This document shows positions 42,874 through 55,508 of a stretch of DNA of 64,000 nucleotides, piece by piece; positions within the stretch are counted from its first letter, which is position 1; each line of letters begins with the position of its first letter. Origin of the DNA: Eledone cirrhosa (Eukaryota); NCBI GenBank assembly GCA_964016885.1, contig OZ024743.1:193936001-194000000 (forward strand). Reading direction: 5' to 3'. The notes below the pieces were generated by a model that did no database searches, was not told the origin of the DNA, and saw nothing but the letters and a program-made list of their open reading frames with translations. A program made the position numbers and the translations under genes.

Positions 42874-44388
42874 ATATATTGAATACTTGGAGAGGCATTA
42901 AATATTGCGTATTAAATATATATAACGTAAACTATTGTGTGATTATACTAATACGAAAGAAATCTCGGTATTGAAACCGCAAGACTAATAACTTCGGTGT
43001 GAGTAAAAATTGTGAACACACGAGATATTCAAAATATTGTTGATAGAACTATTGACCTTATTGTGGAAAATTAAGAAAAGGATCCAAAGAGGGCGAAATT
43101 ATTTTGTTTTCTATTCATATAACAATGTTAATTGCATTTGAAACGCAAAAGACAATAGTTAATAAACTGGAGTGTCATTGTTTCTATTATCAATCATAAA
43201 TCAATGGAGGAAAGTGTTAATGCTTTTTCTATATAATTTTTAACTAGTTTGGTTTGTCATGTTGCTTTTACGTATGTAATCTTTATCACTTTCTATCTTT
43301 AACATTTTCACTAAATTTCCTTTCTAATCTGTCACAATGTCTACACAAACACAACCACATAAACATGCACATGTATATACACACATACACACGTACATAC
43401 ATACATGCGTACATACGTACATACATGCATACATGCATACACTCATACACTCATACACGCAATCAGCTTATTTCCGGCTAATTTCTACTGAAACAAATAT
43501 TTAAGTATTTTAGCTATCGGGAAAATTGAAACAGATGTTTTCATAGACAAAAGTTTGTCAAAATACTATTAGTTAAGTTATAATGTAATGTTAACATGAC
43601 AATGACATCATAGTAGTCTCATACTAGCCATTAAAATCAGTAAGTAAAGGCCCTTTAACTCCTAATGGTATTGACATGATACACCATGCGTTTTGGGTAT
43701 TTTGAACCTCGTAGATAACTCTCTCCAGGTTTGAACGTAAACGAATTTTTCCAGAGAGGATGAATTGATCCCCGTACTGGATTGGTACTTTTCGACAGAA
43801 AGGATAACACAGTTGACCTCGGCGGGATTTGAACTCAGAGCCCAGTAAGCCGAACAAACATCGATGCATTTTCAACCCAACACTGCCGATTCACTACCTT
43901 CATTAAAATTTGAGCTTCTGCTATATTTATTTTTGCCAAATTATAATTCCGAAGAAAGATATATATTACTAAAAACCAAATTAGAATTTGATTTTTCGTT
44001 CTAACATAGGAAATACGTAAAATGTATTTGTGAGTTCTATATCAAATAATAATTGCTTCTACTTTTGGCACAAGGTTATCCCAGTGCATTACTGGTACTT
44101 TATTTCATCGACCCCGTAAGGATGAAAGGCAAAGTTAACCTCGGCGGGATTTGAACTCAGACTTTAAAAGGGAGACCGTCGCTTTCCTTTCTCTCCGTCA
44201 CCGCTAGAAAAGGATGGCGTTGGTCATCTAAAAAGAAAACAAAGCGTAATAAGGCTGTTTGCTTGCAAACGAATCGAATATTATATTTATACGATATAAA
44301 ACGCACGAATACATATATATTACTAATTATCAACAACTTCCATTGCAACTCTACTACTCGGTTACTGATAATCAGCGCCTCCAAGAGA

Positions 44389-44508
44389 AACCTTACAAGA
44401 AATTTTGCAAGAAATCTTGCAAGAAATCTTGCAAGAAATCTTGCAAGAAATCTTGCAAGAAATCTTGCAAGAAATCTTGCAAGAAATCTTGCAAGATATC
44501 TTGCAAGA
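44389..44508. repeat. 12-bp minisatellite (AATCTTGCAAGA) x10
   Basis: Seen directly. Each unit contains the palindrome TCTTGCAAGA. Confidence 0.95.
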
Positions 44509-46017
44509 CTGAAGCAGGCAACTATTTTTCTGAACATTGAGGATTTGATGCCCAGTAAATCTACATGTAAACTTTCATAAATGATTTATTTCCATGATCA
44601 AATATAATGTAACAAACATATTCAATTAATGCAGCAACATAAACCAGTATTTACGGTTATATTCGCCAATTGCCTTTTAGGTTTTTTCACAGTGAAATGC
44701 TTTTTAAGCGATCATAATAATTTCTTTGAAAGGAAAATACTTTGTATACAGTTGTTAACCAGATCCTACGGTCATGGGTGTGTTTTAGCTTCCATTTTTC
44801 TCTCCTTACCACACTCTCCCTCTCCATCTCTCACCATTTGTATATATAGTCTTTTATATTTCGTCTGTTAATTCAACTTCCCAATTTGAACATTGAAACT
44901 CTCATTTTATTTACTCTAATTTAATTCCATTCTCTTTGTAATTTTGTTCAACAAACTATATACCGACTGTAAGTAGTACACATTGTTTAGGGCATGAAGA
45001 ACTGAGAAGAGTTATGCATAAACTTATTGAATGTTATACAGAAGAGACAATTCAAAATATAAATGAAACGCTTGAAGAAGTTATATCAGAAAGAAACCTT
45101 CATTCATATACTACCTCTTGCGCTAGAGAGACTTGATGAATCAGCGATCAATAATCTCTGTGTAGGTATTATATCAACACATCCACCATATATTTGGTAC
45201 ATATTACATTATAGTACTATGTTATTAAATTTGCAGTTGAGATTGTGCAGCAAATTAACCTGCGAATACTATGATGATTTAAATGTTTCAGAATCCACGA
45301 CACATTTTGGTACGTCTGAATGCCTTAACACTTATAAAACAACTTGTACGTTTAGATATTCCAAAATATTTTTATGAAAATCACGAGACCATAAGTAAAA
45401 GAGACTTTCAATGGAATCAGCTACAGAATGTACTTTGGGATGTAGTTTCAAATACTATTTCATTTTGGAATGTAGTTTCTTTATATAGATTTTCTGTCGG
45501 AGAAACGCTGTTTAGTAATAAAACTAGCGGTTTAGTACTAAAACTACTTATTTTGTCACATACAAATGCTGACATGTAAAGACGTTTTAGTGTAATAAAT
45601 ATTGTTCATCCACAATTGCGCAATCTTATGAGCTTACATATTTTGAAAGAAATTTTATCCTTAAGATATGGTCCAAAGCATAAGATTAAATGCTGCCTCT
45701 GTTACAAACAGTTGAAGGAGATCTTACACAAAAATAGGAACAATAGATACCTATAATCAGATTCTAGTAGATTACTATACTGACATTTCTGCACATTTCT
45801 CATGTATCTCCTCTCTTTCTACTTTACTAACATTCTTCTTCTTAAACTCTTCCCCTCCGATCCTCCACACAGAGGATTAGACTTAAGATATACTAATTAA
45901 TAACTATTTCAAGTAAAACTCTAATGGATTTTCTTGTGTTAGAGAATCAGAAGGTTATATCCAAAATTGGTAGAGCACTCAGTCAAAAGGGCGAGTTGGA
46001 CTCTTTTCCTTTCCCTT

Positions 46018-46137
<120 letters not shown>

Positions 46138-46320
46138 GGAAAAGAGTCAGGACCCTGATGGCTGAGCTCCGGCCGTTTCGACAGCTAGATCTGAACTAAC
46201 ACAGCAGCGTCGAGATCCTGACTATTCTCTTATTACTCACTCTACTACTCTAAGTATCGAGTTCTCTGGTGCGTTATGGTCCACCTGGTTCCTTACCACA
46301 CTTCCTTCGTTATATATATA

Positions 46321-46406
<86 letters not shown>

Positions 46407-46452
46407 AAGTGTACGTAAATACGTTAAAATTAATTTCGTTTATCCGTATTCG

Positions 46453-46509
46453 CTGTCATATATATTTCGGTGATAACCATTATACAACAGCTATGACCTC
46501 ATCAGACAG
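46453..46509 (-). ncRNA. Type I hammerhead motif, G at the cleavage position (probably inactive; family D)
   Basis: CUGU-CUGAUGA-GGUCAUAGC...GUUAUCACC-GAAA-UAUAUA-UG-ACAG, in a ~400-bp block between (TA)n tracts. Confidence 0.65.
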
Positions 46510-46812
46510 AATTTGAACAGAATAACCGAAAAACATAACGATGGAATAAAGTTTACCTATGTTATTGCGATTTTTTAAAAATACTCAGTGCGTAAGACGT
46601 ATGGTATTGTTTTATCAAAGCACTGGCCGCATCAGGGAAGTATTCTTCATATTTACCATGAAAATCTACATACCAGTTGCCAATCCAGCATGATGTACAA
46701 AAACACGTTGTGTAATTGAACTGTTACATGAAATTATATGTGTCTTAATATTAGAATCCCTTGATGTGCTTATAATACCACTAGAAATAGCAGCCAATAG
46801 ACCGTGTGTGTA

Positions 46813-46847
<35 letters not shown>

Positions 46848-47060
46848 GTGTGTGTGTGTCTGTGCATCGGTGTGCGACTGTGTGTGCGCGCGCGCGTGTA
46901 TAATGGTGTTTCACTAAATATGAATAATGGATACCCACTAACACCTGCGTGAAATTTAAAAATCTGAAACATTTTCAAAACCAGCAACTAGCCAACCTTT
47001 AATAGAAATTGTTTTGGCTCCAATATATTTGTTGTGATCACAGATAATGTTATCAATAAA

Positions 47061-47115
<55 letters not shown>

Positions 47116-47137
47116 TGTATATATATATATTAAAATA

Positions 47138-47213
47138 ACAGATTAAAGTTTAAGCAAAGAATCGCTGCTTTCACCTCTAACGGGATCTTCTGAAACTAAC
47201 AAAGTCAATCTGT
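47138..47213 (-). ncRNA. Type I hammerhead-like motif with CAGAAGA core in the 3' pseudo-LTR (family E)
   Basis: ACAGAUUGA..AGUUU-CAGAAGA-U-CC cguuaga GG-U-GAAA-GCA..UGC-UU-AAACU-UUAAUCUGU. Confidence 0.65.
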
Positions 47214-48132
47214 AAACGCAGAAGTGGATATTTAAAAAAACGTTGCAACCGGCGGAAGACAGGAAGACGATACTTTGGTTCGTGGAAACGTTCGCTGGCA
47301 AAGAACGGGAAAAAACGAATATAATACGTCATTAATAGGAGCGGTGAAAAACAATTACGCGCAAAGACAGAACCACGTTTATGGTATAAAGGAGGTCGTA
47401 GACAAATGTTCTCTTAGGTGGTTCATAGAGACGTTCTCTGGCAATGAACGAAAAAAACGAAGATAATACGTCATATGTGGAGCGTGGAGAACAATAGCAC
47501 GCAAAGACAAAACCACGTAAATGGTATAGCAGAAGTCGTAGACTAAAATTCTAACTAGGAGACCGAATGAATCTCCGCTACAGAGTTAAGAACAAAGTAA
47601 ATAAATACAATACAGAAGTAATAGAAATAAATAAATAGATACACGCAAACAAATACGTACATACACAAGCATACGCAAAACACTTACCATAGGTATACAA
47701 AACCACGCACATATAAATGTGTGTGTGTGTATTCGTGTATACAAATAAATAAATAATTATATAAGCGTATATAAATAAATAAATACGTATATAACAAGCG
47801 CACACACATACCTATATGTAAATACACGAATGTTCGGAGACGTAACTCAACCAAAACATCAATTACACATATACACACACCCTACATACGTACTAACCTG
47901 CATACTCACACAGACGCAAAACTCCCGTATACACACAGCCAAACCATATGTACCAGAATATATAAAATAATACGCCATAACATAAACAATCAAATATACG
48001 TACGAGAAGGTATACGTACCATCACAAAACATATGGCTAATATATACATACCTATGCAAATAGGTAATGGTATAAACAAAACATATACTTAGCTCCCACA
48101 TCAAGACGTAAAATATCCACGTATAGATCGTA

Positions 48133-50261
48133 CTATCCGTTAGGGTATAACGTGGGGCTGTAATGCAGGAAAGTTTTGTGCAATTTATGTTTACAAGCCG
48201 AAATTGCCTCAGATTTTTTGTTTAAGATGTGGTCTGTGGCGTAGAGTATTTCCAGAGCCTCAGCGGCGCAGAGGTCACATGGTCTTTTATTTCCGTTATA
48301 CGATCTAACTCTAGCTAGGATCTCCCAGTGTAATGTATATTGGGTGTGGTTGTCTTTTAGACTCCAGATATAAGCTGAAAGTGACGTCATATTCCTTCTT
48401 AGAGGGTAACGAAAATAATGGGTATGCATGTAAAGACACTGCTTGAATCTATTGGCGGTTAATGCTATGTAGGCCCTACGAGACGTGGGTGTTACTACCT
48501 TACATTTGTAGACAATGTTACTAGAGAGGCATTTCCCGGATAGGGGGCAACCAACCCGATTCCTACAATTACAGTTAGTACTAACTACAGGGTTGCACGT
48601 GTTCCAACGGCTAGGTAGTTTAGCTAAATTTGAAGCTGTGATGTTATGTGTAAGGGTAGGAGTCGTAGAGTAAGAAATTTTAATAGTATTTCTATTAAAA
48701 ATTTTACTATATTTATGTGTAGGGGGAAAATGCTTTGTAATAAGGGAAAGAAAGATCTTAGCTAATGGTGTGGCCACCTCCATATTATATGGTGTGTTAT
48801 ACCAACAAATGCGACGGGATCTATTTCTTCTAGGTCTATTTTCGTACTCTGTATATGCTACCTTATCGACAAATCCACTTCGAGCAAGAGCTTCATTGTA
48901 ATAAGTGGAATGGTCGTTGAAAATACGCTCGTTGGTGGAAAGACGGGAAAGCCTCAACGAAACGTTTCTTACCAGGTTCTTGGTTATGCTGGCAGGATGG
49001 TTAGAATGCTTACTTATGTAATTAAGCGTATCATTCGGCTTTCTATACGGGTAATACAACCCATTCAATAAATTGAGGGTAACATCGAGGTAATTAACGA
49101 CCGAGAGATTGGCCTCAACCTGTATAGAGAGGTTGAAGCCTTTAAAGAAGGCTGTGAGTTCTTTTCTGCACCTGTCGCAAGCACGAGGTCCGCACTTAGT
49201 CATGGTCAAAAGACCATCGTCACAGTACAAACCACCGCCCGCGTTGGGGAATTCGTCCTTGATAGAGAAAAGAAGGAAAAGGCCGATAAGATCAGTAACC
49301 TCCGCAGAATCACTGGCGCCCATACTCACGTCGAATGGGGTACTATTGGATTTTTTAATCCAAATAGAGTCGTCGAAATTAATCACCGACTTTCGGGCAT
49401 TGAGGATGACATCAACTTCGAAATCCTTAACCACTGTGAGTGTTTTAGCGAAATTGATAGCTCTAAGGAGAAGTGGTAAAGTGATGGAGGAGTAGTAATT
49501 GTTGATGTCGAATTGGATAAAACGGCAATGTTCCTTGTTACATATGCCGTTGAACCAATGAATCACCGCGAAAGAATTGTTCCACAGTGCAAGAGGGGCC
49601 AAACTTCTAATTTCAGGTATAATTCTATCAAGAATCGTTTTACTAAGTCTACCTAAATCGGACTTCGTAGGGTTAATAAGCCGAATAGAGGGGTTGTTCG
49701 GAAAATTGGATTTGTGATCATTCAGGGTAAAGTGGGGAGAAATAGGGTCCAGAGGTTCGGTCCGGTCCAGGATGTTGAGATAAGAAATGATTTTAACCCA
49801 GCATCGTTGATTTCATTGATAACGCACCGATTAGTTTTACGGTAATCCTTAGTTACAGCATTATGTAGTAGTTGATGGTAAGTACTGCGCTCCACTTGAT
49901 ATAGGTTGCCAGTTTTGTCGGAATGGACGTGCACGGCATTAGAATCCTTAATAGAACGAATTCTATTCTTCAGGTCTTGCTGGAAGGAATTGCTCCTATT
50001 CCGAAATTTGATACTCCGAATGAGTTCCAAGACATCATTTTCGAAGGGTAGCAATGCTGGGTTACACGGGGGGTTATTATAGGTTTTAAATCCAAATTTA
50101 TCCTGTTTGTTGTCTGCTTTTCGCGGATTATCGAAATAAAAGGCACGCCAACGCAACCTTTTAATGAACGCGTCTGTTTTCTGTATCAGGAGTTTTAGGT
50201 ATGTTTTCCTGCTTGGTCCGGGTATGTTCTTTGTAGAAATATTCAGATGTTGTTTCTGCAT
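48133..50261 (-). pseudogene. PLE polyprotein (~710 aa; reverse transcriptase plus C-terminal GIY-YIG endonuclease), one frameshift near 49795
   Basis: N-terminus STKNIPGP..FIKRLRWRAF..SDKTGNLY, then DHKSNFPNNPSIRLINPTKS in frame with ORF 48133-49602. RT motifs FIQFDINNYYSSI, FDVSMGASDSAEV, LYCDDGL and NYLDVTL. Endonuclease: CNC..CPLSGKC..NIVYKC..YIALT..FKQCLYMH..CDLC..E..ILNKKSE. Confidence 0.93.
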
Positions 50262-50903
50262 TATGAATATAAGGCAGTAGAGTGCTCAACTGAGGGAGCC
50301 AAGGTATGTGTGTGCGCTTGTTATATACGTATTTATGTATTTATATACGCTTATATAATTATTTATTTATTTGTATACACGCATACACACACACACATTT
50401 ATATGTGCGTGGTTTTGTATACCTATGGTAAGTGTTTTCCGTATGCCCTGTGTATGTACGTATTTGTTTGCGTGTATGTATTTATTTATTTCTATTACTT
50501 CTGTATTGTATTCATTTACTTTGTTCTTAACTCTGTAGCAGAGATTCATTCGGTCTCCTAGTTAGAATTTTAGTCTACGACTTCTGCTATACCATTTACG
50601 TGGTTTTGTCTTTGCGTGCTATTGTTCTCCACGCTCCACATAAGACGTATTATCTTCCTTTTTTTTCGTTCATTGCCAGAGAACGTCTCTATGAACCACC
50701 TAAGAGAACATTAGTCTACGACCTCCTTTATACCATAAACGTGGTTCTGTCTTTGCGCGTAATTGTTTTTCACCGCTCCTATTAATGACGTATTATATTC
50801 GTTTTCTTCCGTTCTTTGCCAGCGAACGTTTCCACGAATCAAAGTATCGTCTTCCTGTCTTCCGCCGGTTGCAACGTTTTTTTAAATATCCACTTCTGCG
50901 TTT

Positions 50904-50979
50904 ACAGATTGACTTTGTTAGTTTCAGAAGATCCCGTTAGAGGTGAAAGTAGCGATTCTTTGCTTAAACTTTAATCTGT
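50904..50979 (+). ncRNA. Hammerhead-like motif in the inverted pseudo-LTR (third copy 51144-51242)
   Basis: Same motif as 47138-47213, with a helix III C-G to U.G change. Confidence 0.65.
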
Positions 50980-51077
50980 TATTTTAATAAATATTTGCTC
51001 TACGGTTCTTATATATTTGATATATATTTATCCTTATCGAGCCCTGTTTGGATTCTAGTCTTCAAATTTATTATTAT

Positions 51078-51151
<74 letters not shown>

Positions 51152-51325
51152 TAAAATAACAGATTAAAGTTTCAGAAGATCCCGTTAGAGGTGAAAGTAG
51201 CGATTCTTTGCTTAAACTTTAATCTGTTATTTTAATAAATATTTGCTCTACGGTTCTTATATATTTGATATATATTTATCCTTATCGAGCCCTGTTTGGA
51301 TTCTAGTCTTCAAATTTATTATTAT

Positions 51326-51415
<90 letters not shown>

Positions 51416-51686
51416 TAAAATAACAGATTAAAGTTTAAGCAAATTTATTATTATTACTATATATATATATATGTATGTGTATTTATTTAGGTTTGTTGGT
51501 TTACCACTGGATAGAACTGGTCATTCCGTATGGTCAACCTCGATGTAATATTATGAAAAGCACTCAACGTAATGCAACTCACCTGTCTTCGTTTGTGTAG
51601 TTGGTGGTGCGAGTACGGAGTTAATTATTATAAAATTATAAAAATAACAGGAGGTTGGACTGGTGTAAATCCTTGAAAGGTTTATT

Positions 51687-51744
51687 ATACTATGATCATT
51701 TCAATGACTGGGTTCAGTATGAATCCGGTGACATCATCAGGTAT
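51687..51744 (-). ncRNA. Type I hammerhead ribozyme motif (family F)
   Basis: AUAC-CUGAUGA-U-GUCACCGGAUUCA uac UGAACCCAGUCAU-U-GAAA-UGAUCA-UA-GUAU. Confidence 0.75.
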
Positions 51745-51951
51745 TTGAAATATAACATAGGAATACAATAGACAAAATCCATGGGGATGAAAAATCAGAG
51801 ACATAAGGGCGACCGAACCTTCAGCATCTTCTACCCTGGACGGCAATAGGAATCTAGGGATGTGATAATGGACGGCGTATTAGAAAAATTGGGGAGGTCC
51901 TAGATGTGAAAAAAAAACGAGGATATAGTTTATGGAACACCCAAATAATTT

Positions 51952-52402
51952 AGAAGTCGACCTTATGTAGGAGCAATAACATTAAGAAAGACATGAACGA
52001 CACCACAACACTTTGCTTTGAAAATTTGGGAAGTAGGTCTATGTGTATGAATTTTCATAAGATTTCCGTTGTTGTCTCAGTGGTCTAGCGGTAGGTACTA
52101 GAGACGGTGGAGATCCTGGCTTTGGGTTCAATCCCCGTTAAGAAGTACATGTATTTATTTTTTATTTTACAACCAACAAAAAAAAACTGAAAAGTTTTAC
52201 CGGGAACCCTACTCCCGACCAAGATCAAACTTCAGACCAGGATCACCATCGTCTATGATTCCTCCAACTAGGCCACTCAGACAGCTACAAAAATAGAATG
52301 AAAATTGATAATTATAAACCTACTTTCAAAACCAAAGTTAAAAAGATGTAATGTCGATCATGGCTTTCCTAGAGTTATTAGTAATATTTAGGGTCGACTT
52401 CT
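51952..52402. repeat. Diverged ~190-bp inverted repeat with tRNA-like inner ends
   Basis: 51952-52140 aligns by eye with the reverse complement of 52200-52402. A-box TGGTCTAGCGG at 52081 and B-box GGTTCAATCCC at 52125. Confidence 0.65.
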
Positions 52403-52610
52403 GGTCGATATTGAAAGTCTCTGGATTTCGCAAAATACATAATATTTTTTATTGGAGAAGTAAGATATTTTTCCTCAAACATTTGATTGCACTGTTTTGT
52501 TTCCACTTATATATTTTTCGAAAATGTTATTTATTCATTATAAAAATTAAATGATAGCATTCTATATGTATGTGTGCCTCCTTCATCTGTTGGCAACCAA
52601 TATTTTTAGA

Positions 52611-52649
<39 letters not shown>

Positions 52650-52933
52650 CGGGTGAAATTCCCGAGATCCCTGGACAAGTTCTCTCCAGCGGTCTCTGTC
52701 CCCATCATCGCTGCCATGTCCTGCGTCTCCAAGAGACCAGTGTCTGTCCTTAGGGCATCAACATATGCCAACCTCGGTCTCCCTCTTCCAGTGTGTCTAT
52801 GCAGGGGCTCCCACAGGAGCATTGAGTGCAGTGTCCACTCTGGATGTCGGTGAGCATGTCCACCTAACCTCAGTTTCCTCTATGCTACTCTCGAGCTTAC
52901 TTTTGGGAGGCTCTCGTACAGCTCTGAGTTCTT
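52650..52933 (-). mobile_element. RTE-like LINE 3' fragment truncated by the assembly gap
   Basis: LLWEPLHRHTGRGRPRLAYVDALRTDTGL..DMAAMM. Confidence 0.8.
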
Positions 52934-53133
52934 NNNNNNNNNNNNNNNNNNNNNNNNNNNNNNNNNNNNNNNNNNNNNNNNNNNNNNNNNNNNNNNNNNN
53001 NNNNNNNNNNNNNNNNNNNNNNNNNNNNNNNNNNNNNNNNNNNNNNNNNNNNNNNNNNNNNNNNNNNNNNNNNNNNNNNNNNNNNNNNNNNNNNNNNNNN
53101 NNNNNNNNNNNNNNNNNNNNNNNNNNNNNNNNN
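52934..53133. other. Assembly gap (200 N)
   Basis: Run of N. Confidence 1.
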
Positions 53134-53245
<112 letters not shown>

Positions 53246-53279
53246 AGAATCTACCCCAGCAATAGACATGTAACTTCTT

Positions 53280-54200
53280 TCTTTACCGACCTTCAAATGT
53301 CGACCTGGAAGGAAGTGGGCCTACATAGTTCCTTGTGAACCGGTGAGACAGATGTCTCCAATGTTCCAGTTCAATTTAAACTGCTGCAAACGAACAACTG
53401 ATCACAAGACATGTTCACAAGGCTGCAGGGACAGTGACTTCAAAGCAATATGGGTGAGTCAAGATGATCTGAGTAGGGGTTGTATGGGAGCAGCCAGCTG
53501 GAGGAGTACAGGCCATTGAATTAACAGTAGGAAAGGCTGAGTGAGAGACATTATGTTTGGCAGCAAAGATTAGGATTATGACTTCTTACCTATCAGTGTA
53601 GTTGTCTTCTCTCTAGTTGTGAGCCAGGATGTCTCTGTATGCAACAGCAGAGCATTCTTAAATATGGAAAGAGTGCACCATTGTGGAGGCAGCGAATTGG
53701 CAGAGTCGTTAGAACAGAGAGGAGGGGAGATGCTTTGAGGTATTTGTTCCGGCTCTCTGCATTCTGAGTTTAAAAAATCTTAGACTTGAAGAGGGATAGG
53801 TCTCATCAGGGTTTAAAAAGCCCATGACACACCCTATATCACTACGACGCCCTTTCAACTCCATTTGAAGTTACTGGTTCATACAGGCATACTCCCTAGT
53901 AGGTCTTACCTGGGTTTGGAGATAGTAGTTGCTAGGGAAAAGTTTTTCTGGATCTGAATTATGATGCAGTATTTGCTATGTTCAGGATACGCGTTAAGCT
54001 ACAGCGTTCCTTACAGATACTGAAGTATAGCATTTGATGCGATCACAAGGGCTCTAGTTACGTGCTACTCATGTGTAACACTATTATGACGGGGAGAGGA
54101 GCAGTTTTTTTGTTACAACTTTTGAAAGAAAGCATGGCTTACGGAGCCCATAAAAACCCAAGTTTTATAGGCTTAAGGGATGAGGTTCGATTCTGTTTCT
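53280..54200 (-). mobile_element. Degraded Jockey/CR1-like LINE fragment interrupted by a SINE head (~53690)
   Basis: Broken minus-strand similarity to an HRRxVxxLxLFYRYxxG-type C-terminus; by eye only. Confidence 0.35.
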
Positions 54201-54564
54201 TTGGTATGTGAAATGATCCAATTCTGATACATAAATGCAGAGATGCTGGTATAAATATGTATATATAGGTATCAAATGCACACTTCAATATAGAGAAATA
54301 TTTACAAAATATTTATGCATAATACTGTATAGAAATGTCAAACTTTAAATGTGAAAGCGATTCAAATGCTCAAATGCAAGTTAAATAATCCGCACGCAAG
54401 AAGAATATATTGAAACAATGCCAGGATCTCGAGGATCTCAAAACCAGGCATAACATTTTGCGTTACTTTCATTATTGTTTGTCGATGAAAGACGGTATAT
54501 AAAAAAATCGGTTGAGTGCCACACAAAATATTTACAAAATGCTGTGCAATATTTGCTTACATAA

Positions 54565-54760
54565 GGCATCGGAAAACATTCTTTATGGCATAGAGTTATG
54601 GTCCTTTACGATCTGAGTTCAAATCCTGCCGAAGTTAGCTTTGCCATTCATCCTTACGGGAGTCGATAAAATAAAGTAGAGTAATGCACTGGGGTCGATT
54701 TAATCGACTTTCTCTTCCCAAAAGTTTTTTGGCCTTGTGTCTAAACCAGAAACCATTATT
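54565..54760 (+). mobile_element. tRNA-derived SINE
   Basis: B box, core and tail present. Confidence 0.8.
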
Positions 54761-55076
54761 TAGTTGCATATATTTTAGGTTGTAAGTCCCAAATCTCGCA
54801 GGAGTCGACGTCTGAAGACAATATAAAATAGTTACCTGTCAAACACTGGTGATAATATAATCAAGTGTATGGTCTTATACTTGTGATAGAAATCACTATT
54901 GTTCACCGATGATAAATAGAAATAAAGATATTTTAAAACGTTTTCATATAAATAGATACATCAGAGTCCGACCACAGCTGTTTAAAGTTGAAGAAATTAG
55001 TTTGATTGAAAACACAGTATAAACACACGCGCGCGCGCACACATACACACACACACACTCTCTCTCTCTCTTTCTT

Positions 55077-55131
<55 letters not shown>

Positions 55132-55313
55132 ATACGAATCGGTTCTATTAACCTTATTATGTGAAGATACAAACCAAGTGTTCCTGGTTAGAGATGTGTT
55201 TTTATAAATATTGCACAAAATAATTTCGTCCACTTAACATTACCAACCAACCAACCAACCAACCAACCAGCCAATCAATCCACCAGCCAGCCAGCCAATC
55301 AACTAATCAAGTA

Positions 55314-55508
55314 CAGACCGGCCAACCTCTGAAAAGCCAAACGGGGAGTACCATGAAAAAAAGTGCCCCAAATCGGGGAGAAATGAGGCAGAATGGGGGA
55401 GTTTTACATTATGAAAGCTATACCCATTTTCACAAGAGAAGACACCGTTCACCCACCCCAAAGTGGGTGGTAGATCTCCCCGTTCGACGGGGAGAATTGA
55501 CAGGTCTG
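55314..55508 (+). mobile_element. ~195-bp MITE with terminal inverted repeats
   Basis: CAGACCGGCCAACCTC...GAGAATTGACAGGTCTG. Second copy at 8713-8905; no clear TSD. Confidence 0.75.

Larger units (their letters stand above)
47128..51443 (-). mobile_element. Near-complete Penelope-like element with inverted pseudo-LTRs
   Basis: RT+GIY-YIG ORF. 47128-47813 is the reverse complement of 50302-50987. Extra short pseudo-LTR fragments lie at 51144-51443. Embedded in (TA)n. Confidence 0.95.

Noticed and set aside
44157-44580. KKSC-repeat 'cysteine-rich protein' ORFs
   Set aside because: Open on both strands only because of the 12-bp minisatellite.
45063-45579. Overlapping ~100-aa ORFs (also 41063-41335 and ~36030-36170) as host exons
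   Set aside because: No recognisable homology or clear splice context. Small host exons cannot be excluded without RNA-seq.
52074-52145. Functional tRNA gene
   Set aside because: A and B boxes are present but the acceptor stem and cloverleaf do not close.
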